This document shows positions 17,368 through 24,604 of a DNA stretch of 49,299 nucleotides, piece after piece; the stretch's first letter is position 1, and each line of letters starts with the position of its first letter. Source of the DNA: Thermoplasmata archaeon (GTDB lineage: Archaea; Thermoplasmatota; Thermoplasmata; Lutacidiplasmatales; UBA184); NCBI GenBank assembly GCA_030037855.1, contig JASHPY010000122.1, forward strand, positions 1 through 49,299, read 5' to 3'. The notes below the pieces were generated by a model. That model made no database searches. It had not been told where the DNA came from and saw nothing but the letters and a program-made list of their open reading frames with translations. Made by a program: the position numbers and the translations under genes.

Positions 17368-18644
17368 CCGCGGCCCTGCCCCTCGAAGCCCAGGGAATCT
17401 CGGTGGACCTCGGCGGACGTACCGTCCTCACCGGTGTCGACCTCACGCTCTCCGATGGAGAGTTGCTCGCCGTGGTCGGACCGAACGGCTCTGGCAAGAC
17501 CACGCTCCTGCGGACCTTGCTGGGGCTGCAGAAGCCGCGGACGGGTCGGGTCCAGCTCCTGGGGCGTCCAGTCGACGAGCTCAGCCCGTCCGCCCGCGCC
17601 CGCCGTGCCGCCTGGATGCCGCAGGAGGAACGCCCGTCGGAGAACCTCTCGGTCGCCGATTACGTGGCGCTCGCCCGGTTCCCGCACATCGGTGCCTTCG
17701 GCCTGGAGGACGAGTCGGATCGTCAGGCGATCGAGGGTGCGCTCGTCGCGTGCGAACTCGTGACCTTCCGCAACCGCGGGGTGCTCGACCTCTCGGGCGG
17801 CGAACGACAACGGGTGCTCTTTGCGCGCGCCCTCGCCCAGGCCGCCCCGGTGCTCGTGCTCGACGAACCCACGAGTCATCTCGATATGGCTCGACAGTTC
17901 GAGGTCCTCGGTTATCTCGATCGCTTCCGCCGGGAAGCGCCGGGGCGCGCGGTCATCGTCGCGATGCACGACCTCAACCTCGCGTCTCGCTACGCGAACC
18001 GGCTGTTGTGGCTGGCCCGGGGGGAGATCGCGGCGCTCGACACGCCGCAGGCGAGCGTCACTCCCGAGCGGATCTTCCAGGTCTTCGGCGTGGAAACCGT
18101 CGTCCAGACCCGCGACGGCCAGGTCGTCGTGTTCCCCCCTCGCTCTCCGGAGGCACCGCCCCGCCCCCGCGTCGCGGGTCTTCGAGTGCACGTGGTCTGC
18201 GGCGGAGGGAGCGGCGAAGAACTGCTCCCGGCGCTCGTCGCGGCCGGCCACGCCGTCAGCGCGGGCGCGCTGAACCTACTGGACAGCGACCAGGCCCTAG
18301 CCCGGGAACTCCACGTCAGCGCCGCGGTCGAGGCGCCGTTCTCCGCGCTCTCCGACCCGGTCCGGGCGGAGAACCGGCGCCTCATGCAAAGCGCCGACGC
18401 GATCGTCGTAGCCCCCCTGTGCATCGGCGCCGCGAATCTCGCGAATCTCGAAGACCTCCTCGAGCTCGACGGGACTCGCTGGGTCTTCGTTCTCGACGGC
18501 CCGTCCTCGGTTCGGCGGGACTTCACGGGCGGCCGCGGGGATCGGGCGCTCGAGGAGCTTGAACGAAGGGGTGCGACGCGAGTCAAGAGCACCCCCGTGC
18601 TCATGAAGTTGCTGAATGACAGTTCCCGCCGCCGGAGTCCATGA
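17364..18644 (+). CDS. BtuD/FepC-like ABC importer ATPase fused to a C-terminal ~150-aa uncharacterised domain
   Basis: Walker A GPNGSGKTT, signature LSGGERQR and Walker B VLVLDEPTSHLD make up the NBD (about 260 aa). A Pro-rich linker follows. The sequence then reads RVHVVCGGGSG...RDFTGG..., which is homologous to ORF 14604..15092. The start is the internal ATG (M196 of the track ORF). Confidence 0.9.
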   Translation: MTAALPLEAQGISVDLGGRTVLTGVDLTLSDGELLAVVGPNGSGKTTLLRTLLGLQKPRTGRVQLLGRPVDELSPSARARRAAWMPQEERPSENLSVADYVALARFPHIGAFGLEDESDRQAIEGALVACELVTFRNRGVLDLSGGERQRVLFARALAQAAPVLVLDEPTSHLDMARQFEVLGYLDRFRREAPGRAVIVAMHDLNLASRYANRLLWLARGEIAALDTPQASVTPERIFQVFGVETVVQTRDGQVVVFPPRSPEAPPRPRVAGLRVHVVCGGGSGEELLPALVAAGHAVSAGALNLLDSDQALARELHVSAAVEAPFSALSDPVRAENRRLMQSADAIVVAPLCIGAANLANLEDLLELDGTRWVFVLDGPSSVRRDFTGGRGDRALEELERRGATRVKSTPVLMKLLNDSSRRRSP

Positions 18645-18933
18645 GTCGGAGAGTCTCCCGCTCGAGTGAGCCAACGCTCCGTCTCCGCCGGGCCGGTTCG
18701 CCTGGGGGTCGTGATGCGGACCTCCTTGCGCCGCCCACGCCCGGGGCGGCTCGATCGAGCGCGGCGTGCGACCCGCGATCGACACCGGTCTGCGCGCGCG
18801 GGTCGACCGGTCGGGTCGCCGTCGGCATCGCCCACGGCGTCCGGGGAGCTCGGGCGGGGGAGCGACGCACGTGACCGCGAAGCGTCATGGCCGAGCGCGG
18901 CCTCCGCGAGGGGCGCCCGGCGCGGCCCGGTCG

Positions 18934-19758
18934 ATGCCGGTGGAAGCCTCGGTCTCGGGGGAGACGACGGGCCTTCTGTCCCTCATGAAGCCCGGACGGC
19001 TCACCGAGATGCTGGTCCTGCTCGAGCTCGCGACCCGTCCGACCGGTCGACTCCGCCCGATCGCCGATCGTCTCGGGGTGTCGGTGCAGACGATATCGCT
19101 CCTGCAGCGCCGCTTCCGTCGCGAGGGAAAGGTCGCGCTGATCGGCGGCCGGTACCATACGACGCCGGCCGGCGTTGCCGCCCTCCACGCCGAGGTCACG
19201 TCGATTCGCTCCGATCTCGATACCCGGATCGCGGAGCTTCAGTTGGTTCGGGAGTGCCGCGCGATCGCCGCGGAGCCGGTCCGAGTGGGGACGCCGGTGG
19301 TCCTCTACATGAGGGACGGCGACCTGTACGCCCGCGAAGGTTCGGGCGGCGCTTCGCGGGGAGTCGCCCAGGGAAACGCTCGGCCCGGCGAGCTCGTGGA
19401 GGTCCGCCAGCTGGAGGGGGTGCTGCCCCTGCCGCCCGCCAAAGTGCTTTGTCTCGTCGTACCGACTCGGTCCTTGGCCTCGCTGTCGCCCGTCGTCCCC
19501 CAACTGCGACGTGCGCTCGCGCACACGGACGATCACCTGCTCGGGGCCGAGGGCCCGGAAGCGGTGCACGCGATGCGCCGATCGACGTCGCGGTCGTTCG
19601 TTCGATTCGGCGTCGCGGCGGCGGCGCGCGAGGCGGCGTTGCTCGGGGTCCCGGCCGCGGTGGTCGTCTCCGACTCCTACCTGACGTCGTTCCTGCAGCG
19701 GCTGGGCGAGCCGGGGCCGTCCGTCCCGATCGATGTCCGCACGATCGGGACGATCTGA
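18934..19758 (+). CDS. Putative winged-helix DNA-binding regulator with uncharacterised C-terminal domains
   Basis: The segment LTEMLVLLELATRPTGRLRPIADRLGVSVQTISLLQRRFRREGKV looks like a MarR/ArsR-type wHTH. About 200 aa with no motif I recognise follow. The start is either ATG 18934 or ATG 18985. Confidence 0.55.
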   Translation: MPVEASVSGETTGLLSLMKPGRLTEMLVLLELATRPTGRLRPIADRLGVSVQTISLLQRRFRREGKVALIGGRYHTTPAGVAALHAEVTSIRSDLDTRIAELQLVRECRAIAAEPVRVGTPVVLYMRDGDLYAREGSGGASRGVAQGNARPGELVEVRQLEGVLPLPPAKVLCLVVPTRSLASLSPVVPQLRRALAHTDDHLLGAEGPEAVHAMRRSTSRSFVRFGVAAAAREAALLGVPAAVVVSDSYLTSFLQRLGEPGPSVPIDVRTIGTI

Positions 19759-19796
19759 GGCGGGCCGGTGGGGTCGGGCGAGCACCGGGAGTATCG

Positions 19797-20570
19797 ATGG
19801 AGGCTCGAGAGGTTTTCTTCGACTTCGGTGGTACGCTGACCTCGCCGGTGAGCGATCTCCGGCCGCTCTTCGAGATCGCGGCCCGTGGCGCCGGTGTCCG
19901 GGTCTCGTGGGAGGAGTTCTCACGTGAGAACGACCGGTTGTGGGAGGATCTTTGGCCGACCGCGCCGGACTATCTTGGCCGTCGACCGTCGTTTGCCGAT
20001 ACCGTCCACGAGGAGGCGCTCCGCCGGGCGGGCGCGAAAGGCCCGGTCCGGTCGATGGTGCGTGCGATCCGTCGCGAGGCCGTTTCGGCCCGCTGGCACC
20101 CGCCGTTCCCCGAAACGGAGGTCGTGCTCGGGCGCCTCCGGAGCCGAGGCTACGGCATCCACGTGCTCAGCAACAACGTCGATTACCTCCCGCTCGTTCT
20201 GAAGAACCTCGGCTGGTCGCGGCTCTTCGACAGCGTCACCTACTCGCAGGAAGTCGGGGCCCAGAAACCCGACGCGCGAGTCTTCCGGTTCGCGCTCGCA
20301 CGGGCCGGGTGCGCGGCCGGCGACGCCGTGCACGTCGGCGACAGCTGGGAAGCCGACTACCTCGGGGCCATGAACGTGGGCCTCCGCGGGATCTGGCTCA
20401 ATCGAGAGGGCCAGGACGGTCACCCGGCCACCGAGGAGATCCGGGACCTTCGCGGACTTCTCGATCGGCTCCCCGGACGCGTCGTCGAGCGCCGGGCGCG
20501 AGCTCGTACGCTCTCCCACCCCGAGACTCGGCCGCGTCGGTCCATCGCCCCGGCGGGCCGACCGTCCTGA
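19797..20570 (+). CDS. HAD-superfamily hydrolase, subfamily IA
   Basis: Motif I is FFDFGGTL, motif II is VLSNN, and motifs III/IV are KPD...HVGDSWEADYLGA. The start is the internal ATG of track ORF 18666..20570. Confidence 0.85.
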   Translation: MEAREVFFDFGGTLTSPVSDLRPLFEIAARGAGVRVSWEEFSRENDRLWEDLWPTAPDYLGRRPSFADTVHEEALRRAGAKGPVRSMVRAIRREAVSARWHPPFPETEVVLGRLRSRGYGIHVLSNNVDYLPLVLKNLGWSRLFDSVTYSQEVGAQKPDARVFRFALARAGCAAGDAVHVGDSWEADYLGAMNVGLRGIWLNREGQDGHPATEEIRDLRGLLDRLPGRVVERRARARTLSHPETRPRRSIAPAGRPS

Positions 20571-21110
20571 GCCGGTCGCCGGGCCGTGCCGGTCGAGGCG
20601 CTACCTCGGTCGGACGCCGCGACTCCGACGCGGCGCGGGCGGGGGAGGGGTGCTGGGTCGACGCTGCGCAGACGCGCGCGAGGGCGCGCGGTGATCGAAG
20701 GACCGCGCGATCGGTGGGGCCGAGGAGACCATCGATAGCGGGGGGGCGCCGCCATCGCCCCGGCGGCCGCGGCAGCGAGCCGAGCGACCGATGCGCCGGA
20801 ACGGCGCTGCCGCGAGGAACGGCACACCCCTCGACCGCGCGAGGGGCGGTGGCCCGCGGCTCGCGTGAAACTCGGTCGCTCCCTCACCCGAGTCCCCGGA
20901 ACCTTGGAGGGGTGGCCTCCCAGGTGAGCCCGAGCGGCTCGGCCCCGGAGCGAAGTCGGCCGGGGGCAGCGCTCGCAGCGGAGGAGCACCTCACCGACAG
21001 TTCGCCACGCGCCGAGTCGGCTGCCAACCGCAGTACGGGCACGACGCGCGTGGCTCACGCCGTGACGTGACGACGACACGTATTCGACCGCGTCGGCGCG
21101 GTCGCGCCGG

Positions 21111-23144
21111 TCAGGGCGCCGCGATCCGTCGCATCGGAGGTTCCGTGCCCCGGCGGACCTCGCGGATACGGTCGCGGATGCGGGCCGCTTCCTCGAAGTC
21201 GAGCCGCTCGGCGGCGAGCCGCATCTCCTCCTCGAGGTTGGCGATCAGTAGCGGCATCCGCTCCTTCCACTTCTTCCCGAGTCCCGAGGTGGAGAGGTCA
21301 CCGGACGAGGCCCCCTCCTCGGGGCCGAGGAGCGCGCGGACCTCCTTCTGGATCGACTCGGGGACGATCCCGTGCTCGCGGTTGAACTCGACCTGGACGG
21401 AGCGGCGCCGGGCCATCTCGGCGATCGCTCGGGCCATCGAACCCGTGGTCCGGTCGGCGTACAGCACGACCTTCCCGTCGACGTTCCGACTCGCGCGGCC
21501 CGCGGTCTGGACGATCGACGTCTCGCTCCGGAGGTAGCCCTCCTTGTCGGCGTCGAGGATTGCGACGAAGCTGACCTCGGGGAGGTCGAGACCCTCCCGA
21601 ACGAGGTTGATCCCGACCAGCACGTCGAACCGGCCGACGCGCAGGTCCCGCAGGATCTCGACCCGCTTCAGCGTCTCGACCTCGGAGTGAAGGTACCGGA
21701 CCTTGAACCCCTGGTTCGCGAGGTACGTCGAGAGTTCCTCCGACGTCGCCTTCGTGAGCGTGGTGACCAGCGCCCGGTCCCCCCGGGCGATGCAGGCGCG
21801 TAGCTCGACGATCAAGTCGGCGATGTGGCCCTTCAGGGGTCGGACCTCGATCGGCGGGTCCACGAGACCGGTCGGCCGGATGATCTGCTCGACCAACCCC
21901 TTCGACGCCTTGCGCTCGAACGGACCGGGGGTCGCGGAGACGAAGATGAGCTCGGGGACGTGTTCGAGGAACTCGGGGAAGCGGAGCGGCCGGTTGTCCC
22001 GGCACGACGGAAGGCGCCACCCGAACTCGACCAGGTTGTCCTTCCGGCTTCGGTCGCCCTTGTACATCCCCTGGAGCTGCGGGACCGTGACGTGGGACTC
22101 GTCCAGGAAGACGAGGAGGTCGTCCGGGAAGAAGTCGAGGAGCGTGTACGGCGGCTCGCCCGGGCGCCGCCCGGAGAAGTAGCGGGCGTAGTTCTCGATC
22201 CCCGAGCAGTACCCGGTCTCGCGGATCATCTCGAGGTCGTACTCGACGCGCCCCTGAAGGCGCTGGGCCTCCACGATCTTCTCGGCCTGCCGCAGCTCCG
22301 CGACGCGCGCCACCTTCTCCTTCTCGACCTCGCCGAGGATCGAGCGGACGCGCTCGTCGACCGAGAGAAAGTGCGTCGCGGGGAAGATCGACAGCTGCCC
22401 GAGGTCGCGGACCTCGTCCTGGGTGATGGGGTCGAGCTCGACGATCGCGCCGATGGTGCTGCCGTCGAGCACGATCCGGTGCACGGTCTCCCCCGCGCCC
22501 ATCACGTCGACCGTCCCGCCGCGGACCCGGAAGCGGCCCCGCTTGAGCTCGATGTCGTTGCGCTGGTACTTCATCCGCACCAGCTGCTCGAGGAGGCCCT
22601 GCCGGCCGATCGTCTGGCCGACCGCGAGGTCGACCACGGACGCGCGGTAGTCCTCCGGGGAGCCGAGACCGTAGATGCAGCTCACCGAGGCGACGATCAG
22701 CACGTCCCGACGCGTGAGAAGGGCTTGGGTCGCCCGGTGCCGCAGACGGTCGATCTCCTCGTTGATCGAGGCGTCCTTCTCGATGTAGAGGTCGATCTGG
22801 GGAACGTACGCCTCGGGCTGGTAGTAGTCGTAGTAGCTCACGAAGTACTCGACCGCGTTCCGCGGGAACAGCGCCCGGAACTCGCTGACCAGCTGCGCGG
22901 CAAGCGTCTTGTTCGGGCTCACGACCAGCGTCGGGCGCTGGAGGCGCGCGATCGTGTGCGCCATCGTGAACGTCTTGCCGCTGCCGGTGACGCCGAGCAA
23001 CGTGACGTACTTCTCGCCCCGCTCGACCCGTTCGACGATCGCGTCGATCGCGTTCGGCTGGTCGCCCTGGGGCTGAAGGTCGGTCTCGAGCTCGAAACGA
23101 CCGGGGAGCGCGGTCGGAGCGCCGCGCGGGTCGGTGCCGGTCAC
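21111..23144 (-). CDS. uvrB: Excinuclease ABC subunit B
   Basis: The motifs PQGDQPNAIDAI, GVTGSGKTFTMA, YFVSYYDYYQPEAY and a C-terminal UVR motif (LDFEEAARIRDRI) are present. The start is GTG 23144, which overlaps the stop of the upstream gene (GTGA). The 392-aa upstream extension in the track is Arg/Pro-rich nonsense. Confidence 0.93.
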   Translation of the reverse strand: MTGTDPRGAPTALPGRFELETDLQPQGDQPNAIDAIVERVERGEKYVTLLGVTGSGKTFTMAHTIARLQRPTLVVSPNKTLAAQLVSEFRALFPRNAVEYFVSYYDYYQPEAYVPQIDLYIEKDASINEEIDRLRHRATQALLTRRDVLIVASVSCIYGLGSPEDYRASVVDLAVGQTIGRQGLLEQLVRMKYQRNDIELKRGRFRVRGGTVDVMGAGETVHRIVLDGSTIGAIVELDPITQDEVRDLGQLSIFPATHFLSVDERVRSILGEVEKEKVARVAELRQAEKIVEAQRLQGRVEYDLEMIRETGYCSGIENYARYFSGRRPGEPPYTLLDFFPDDLLVFLDESHVTVPQLQGMYKGDRSRKDNLVEFGWRLPSCRDNRPLRFPEFLEHVPELIFVSATPGPFERKASKGLVEQIIRPTGLVDPPIEVRPLKGHIADLIVELRACIARGDRALVTTLTKATSEELSTYLANQGFKVRYLHSEVETLKRVEILRDLRVGRFDVLVGINLVREGLDLPEVSFVAILDADKEGYLRSETSIVQTAGRASRNVDGKVVLYADRTTGSMARAIAEMARRRSVQVEFNREHGIVPESIQKEVRALLGPEEGASSGDLSTSGLGKKWKERMPLLIANLEEEMRLAAERLDFEEAARIRDRIREVRRGTEPPMRRIAAP

Positions 23145-23971
23145 GGCCCGACTCCCCCGCGCGGTCGGCGGGCTCCGTAGCCGCGCGGGTCGAGCTCCAC
23201 GGGATCGAACCCGAGCGACCGCAACACCGCGCGTACCGCACCGGCGGTCGGTTCCGAACGCAGACGCTCGACCTCGTCGGGGTCGACCTCGACTCGGGCT
23301 CCCGAGCCGTGGGTCCGAACCCGAACGCGGCGGAAGCCATGGGCGGCGATCGCCGCTTCGCCGGCCTCGATGCGCCGCAGGAGCTCGACCGTGATCGGGT
23401 CGCCGTGAGCGATCCGGGAAGAGAGGCAGGCGTCGGACGGCTGGTCCCAGTTCGGAAGTCCCCGGTCGCGCGCCGCCGCTCGCACGGTCGTCTTCGTCCA
23501 CCCCGCCCAGACGAGGGGATGGTCGAACCCGGCTTCGTCCATCGCTCGCAGGCCCGGCCGGTCGTCCGTGAGATCGTCGAGGTGAACGCCATCCAGGTAC
23601 TGCCGAACGCCGCGCGGTCCCCCGACCTGTCGGATCGCCGCGGTCTCCACCGAGCGACAGAAGTAGCAGCGGTTCGGCGTGTTCTGCCGGTACGCCGCCA
23701 CCTCGAGCGCGTTGACCTCCACGACCTCGTGGTGGATCCCGATCGTCCGGGCGACGCGTTCCGCGCGATCGATCTCCGAACGGGCCACGGCCGGTCCCGC
23801 CAACGTCACGGCACCGGCCCCCGGACCGAGCGCCTCGAACGCGAACGCGGCCACGAGCGACGAGTCGACGCCTCCCGAGAGGGCGATGAGGGCGGGCCCT
23901 CCGGCACGCAGGCGTTCGACGATCTCGGCCTCCGTGCGGGCTTCCGCCGGCCGAACGAGCGGGCTGACCAT
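23141..23971 (-). CDS. PP-loop ATP pyrophosphatase, LarE/TIGR00268-like sulfur-transferase family
   Basis: The PP-loop LSGGVDSS is present. The motifs NRCYFCR and PSDACLSSRI are typical of this family. Confidence 0.8.
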   Translation of the reverse strand: MVSPLVRPAEARTEAEIVERLRAGGPALIALSGGVDSSLVAAFAFEALGPGAGAVTLAGPAVARSEIDRAERVARTIGIHHEVVEVNALEVAAYRQNTPNRCYFCRSVETAAIRQVGGPRGVRQYLDGVHLDDLTDDRPGLRAMDEAGFDHPLVWAGWTKTTVRAAARDRGLPNWDQPSDACLSSRIAHGDPITVELLRRIEAGEAAIAAHGFRRVRVRTHGSGARVEVDPDEVERLRSEPTAGAVRAVLRSLGFDPVELDPRGYGARRPRGGVGP

Positions 23972-24113
23972 GGAAGGAGGGCGCGAGGAGGCAGCGGGCT
24001 AAACGGTTTGGCACCCGGGGGTGCCGCCGGCGCCCGGATTGGCCCGTCGCTCCGACATGAGACTCGGTGCGGCGGCCCGAGCGCATAGCTCCAAGAGCGA
24101 GCGCGTGCTCGCG

Positions 24114-24557
24114 ATGTCGATGCAGGCGATCCGGGACGGCACGGAGTGGATGCTTCGCCTCGACGACGGGCAGGACCTGTTCGAGTCCCTGACCGCCTTC
24201 GCCGAGCGGGAGAAGGTCGGCGCCGCGGCGATCGTCTCGGGGATCGGCATGTTCCGTCGGGCGACCTTCGGTTACTGGGACGGGCAGCAGTACCAGCCGC
24301 ACGAACTGACGGTTCCGCACGAGGTCGTTGCGTTACACGGGACGATCGCACGAGCGGATGGGAGCCCCTCCATTCACCTTCACGGGGCGGCCGCCGGGCC
24401 GGACCATCGCCTGGTCGGCGGGCACCTCCTACGCGCCACGGTAGGCGTGTTGCAGGAGATGGTCGTGCGCACGTTCCCCGGTCGCACGTTCGGTCGCCCA
24501 CTGGTGGAGAGCTGGGGTCTTCGCATGCTGGACCTCGAGCCTGGCGAGCACCCGTAA
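24114..24557 (+). CDS. PPC (DUF296) domain protein
   Basis: The sequence LRLDDGQDLFESLTAFAEREKVGAAAIVSGIGMF...LHGTIA...HLHG is a typical PPC/DUF296 pattern. The start is ATG M32 of the track ORF. Confidence 0.7.
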   Translation: MSMQAIRDGTEWMLRLDDGQDLFESLTAFAEREKVGAAAIVSGIGMFRRATFGYWDGQQYQPHELTVPHEVVALHGTIARADGSPSIHLHGAAAGPDHRLVGGHLLRATVGVLQEMVVRTFPGRTFGRPLVESWGLRMLDLEPGEHP

Positions 24558-24604
24558 CGAACCCGTCACGCCTTTCCGCCCGCTCTCGGTCGCGCGGGGC
24601 TCTG

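Noticed and set aside
20880-21010. Possible RNase P RNA (GGAGCGAAGUCGGCC resembles CR-I GAGGAAAGUCC) or SRP RNA (GGAGGAGCACC resembles the helix-8 GGAAGCAGCC).
   Set aside because: The universally conserved A-rich CR-I core is not matched. No complementary P4 3' strand (ACAGAA..GGCUUA type) occurs at a sensible distance. No GGAA tetraloop with flanking AGCA and AGG loops typical of SRP helix 8 is present. The region is kept only as an unassigned candidate in the findings.
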